DNA of 64,000 nucleotides from an uncultured delta proteobacterium (GTDB lineage Bacteria > Myxococcota_A > Polyangia > Polyangiales > Polyangiaceae), in assembly GCA_963696385.1 (NCBI GenBank), contig CAVOKF010000004.1, positions 32,001 through 96,000 of the forward strand, written 5' to 3'. A program made the position numbers and the translations under genes. Position 1 is the stretch's first letter. Each line of letters opens with the position of its first letter. The notes under the pieces are model-generated. The model had not been told where the DNA came from, searched no databases, and was given only the letters and a program-made list of their open reading frames with translations. Shown here piece after piece: positions 61,347 through 64,000 of this stretch.

Positions 61347-61839
61347 GCGGGTCATCCGTCCCAAGGATGACACCGAACGGCGTGCGCTCGTTTCCGCATT
61401 CGCATCGGGGCGCTTGCAGTCCACGCACATGCCCGTGCACGAACGGGATCGACGTCGTCAACACTCGGCCGCACTCGGAACACGGATGGCTGAAGGGCTC
61501 GACGCCGTATCGTGCCGGCCATTCTTCTGCCGTTACGCCGTAGACGGTGAGCCGCGCATCGCCGTTCATGACGAGCGGAGCGTCGCATCCGGATGTCGTA
61601 CGAGGCCAGACCAAAAACGCATGCAACTGCCGAAATGGACTGACAAAGTAGGAAACAAACGACACGAACGCACCCGGACCCGGCAAGCGCCCATTCTCGA
61701 GCGGCGCAGGGTGGCTGAGCTTGTAGGCGCCGTCAAGCGAGCGCTGGCCTCCAGTGAAATGCCGACTGACCCACTACCCTCCGCTTCACGCAGCGGCCGC
61801 CTCTGCCCGTCTCGCCAGCCCCGCTGGCGCTTCGCCGCG

Positions 61840-62236
61840 AGGTTGCCATGGGTGAACCGTAAAAGGAGACGGAACGCCAAACAGATTCTTCGAGGAAGCT
61901 CCATTTGCAGCGGTAAAGGATCGTCTCTTCGTTGCGGTTCGAAACGAAAGCCACGCGGCCGAACGACGTCACGGCCGCTCCCTTGTTGACGAGCTCGTCG
62001 CCAGCGATGCGGTACCCCTTTGGGCAATCCTCGTGAATCATTCGTAAGCAGTCGGCGCGATTCGCTGCCCTCGGCGACCCTCCAGGATACGCCGTCACCG
62101 TCGACGACGTCCGGCGGACGCTCAGTAGCGCAGCCGCCAAGAAGGGTCGCCACCGCGATTCCGCGTATGCCGGACGTTGCCCTCTCCGCCACGCGCGTCA
62201 CCGTTCGCGCGCCGTCGGCCGAATAACTCGCCTCGT
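61840..62236 (-). pseudogene. Small lipoprotein, frameshifted paralog of 62237..62530
   Basis: LLGGCA lipobox; DCLRMIHEDCPKGY...ILYRCK in another frame. Confidence 0.5.
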
Positions 62237-62530
62237 TCACTTGCATTTGACGAGCATGTTCCCACGGTACTTGTGCCCAACGAACGTCGACCCGCCGTAA
62301 GCGTTGTACGTCGACACCACGACGGGGTGCTCGTGTTCGCGTTGGTCGGCCGTGATGTAGCCGTGCGGACAGGCGTTCCCGGCCTCCTCCTCGCAGTTGC
62401 CCATGTCCCCTCTGCAAGAGATGGCGTACCAGCCAGGTTCGCCGTCGGGCCCGTTCACTGGCCGCGACGACGCAGACTCGCACCCGGCCGCGACAAGCGC
62501 CACCGCATACCGGATCCATCGCAGCTGCAT
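62237..62530 (-). CDS. Small Cys-containing lipoprotein
   Basis: VAAGC lipobox; GPDG...C..EAGNACPHGY...MLVKCK. Confidence 0.7.
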   Translation of the reverse strand: MQLRWIRYAVALVAAGCESASSRPVNGPDGEPGWYAISCRGDMGNCEEEAGNACPHGYITADQREHEHPVVVSTYNAYGGSTFVGHKYRGNMLVKCK

Positions 62531-63886
62531 TCGCTGACCCTCTTTAGTGAAAGCGCATTCGCAGACGCCAGCCGTCCAGTGGGCCAGTCTTCCGTATTCA
62601 AAGCAAGGGCGTCGGAGCCAGACAAGGGGCCACACGCGCAGTCACAAGCGCTGTTCTGCCGACCGTGGACGTCCTTGTCGCACCACTTAAGCGGCTCGAA
62701 AGGGCTTCCGAGCCCTACCCCGAAGCCGTTCGCCGATCGCACGAGGCTGCGCACCGATTCGTAGAACCGCCGCCGGTGTAGAGAAAAGCGAATGGCTCAT
62801 GGAGAACGAGACATGCGCTGGGCGAAGACTTTGTGGATTCATGGTTTGTCCATTCTCTGTCTGACCGGTGTTCCAGCGCGCGCGCATGCAGCGGGATCGG
62901 ACCGCGCCGCGTCTTCGCCGCAGGCACCTGAGCAAGGCAGTGCGACGGGCGCCACACCAGCGACGACGAATTTGAATGTTCCCCCGGTCAATCCACATGA
63001 AGTCAGCGGGCGGCCATTGCGCAACATGGGTGCCGAATTCGCTGGCATTGCGCGTTATATCTTTTACACCTCATTCGGTGGTCATGGCTCGCACCGATTT
63101 GCCAAACCAATGGCTCCCCCGGGGGCTTCGCTTTCGTTACGTTGGGAAGATCTCTGCCGACGGAAATCATATCAACCGCGGAACACAGATCACCACGTTT
63201 GGAATGGAACCGGGGGCGGGGCCATTCTATGCGGCGTGGGGGTCAGCCATCGATGATGTCCCCGGTGATGACGGACTCGCTTGCGCCTCGTGGGTGGCTG
63301 GAGCCGCCTACCAATCAGCGGAGGGTTCGCTGGCGCCACAAGCAGCATCTCCGCCGGCACAACAACAGGCATCCCGGCCAGAACAGCCAGCGGCATCTGC
63401 AACGGCAGAGCAGGTGGAAAGGTCCTTGCCCACGGACAACGTTGCCAATACGGCCATCGACAACGGTTTCAAGCAATGGTCGTCTGCTTGGATGTTCGAT
63501 CGGTACGTACCCGGCAGCGCTAGGGTGACGGACAGAGGGTTCAAGCAAGGGACGTACGTCATCCGCGGCGTTTTTGATTTCATACGGGACGACGGGAGTT
63601 CGGTCGACCAACGAGCGCGTAAACACTCCGTTGCTGGCGGCCGCTGAGCCGCCGATGCTCACGAGCAGCTTCGCGTGGCCGTGGTGGCCAGCGGCACTCA
63701 AGGGGTTCGAGCCGCCGGACGGCCTTGCTGTGCCGGCAACAACGCTTCCGCCGAGCTCGTCAGGTCTGAGCCTGCAACCCTATGCCAACCCTTGGGTGTC
63801 GACGGCGTGTTCTGTAATGCAGAAGCCTCCCGTTGCGCAAGAGTGCCATTTGCGTTAGTTTCATTCTCCTGGGGAGAACTGACGGC

Positions 63887-64000
63887 ATGCCTCTCGGACC
63901 GAAGCTGCGCTCCGCCCGCGAGAAGGCGGGGCTGAGCCAAGCGGATGCTTGCGCGCGGTCTGGCGTTGGCGAATCGTCGCTCTCCGAGTTCGAGAACGGG
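63887..64000 (+). CDS. XRE-family HTH protein (partial)
   Basis: MPLGPKLRSAREKAGLSQADACARSGVGESSLSEFENG. Confidence 0.8.
   Translation, partial: MPLGPKLRSAREKAGLSQADACARSGVGESSLSEFENG

Overview
High-GC accessory region. The gene content (Ser/Thr kinases, an FHA-sigma54 activator, Cys/Asp-rich lipoproteins) suggests a Polyangiaceae/Myxococcota host; this is inference. The window is a decaying conjugative/integrative island. It carries a frameshifted VirD4/TraG with a CopG gene, a frameshifted DUF3363-type relaxase with a candidate oriT, mobC/D/E-like genes, and IS91, IS4, IS66, IS21, IS630, IS256 and IS481 elements or remnants. It also has three group II intron remnants, four tyrosine recombinases, a tRNA-Leu(TAG), defence-type genes (SIR2, TIR, HEPN) and a dense toxin-antitoxin cluster. 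Most striking is a fixed-length ~112-bp non-coding unit present in 9 copies. It has a dif/Xer-like 11-6-11 core, sharp ends, no terminal inverted repeats and no TSD. Most copies sit at junctions where unrelated genes or IS elements are cut, they bracket cassette-like cargo, and the local IS4 appears to target the core. Second, a family of integrases reads through tRNA-derived att sites, and a detached in-frame C-terminal tail lies 16 kb away, resembling the Mx8 attP-within-int arrangement. All calls come from reading the sequence; no database searches were run.
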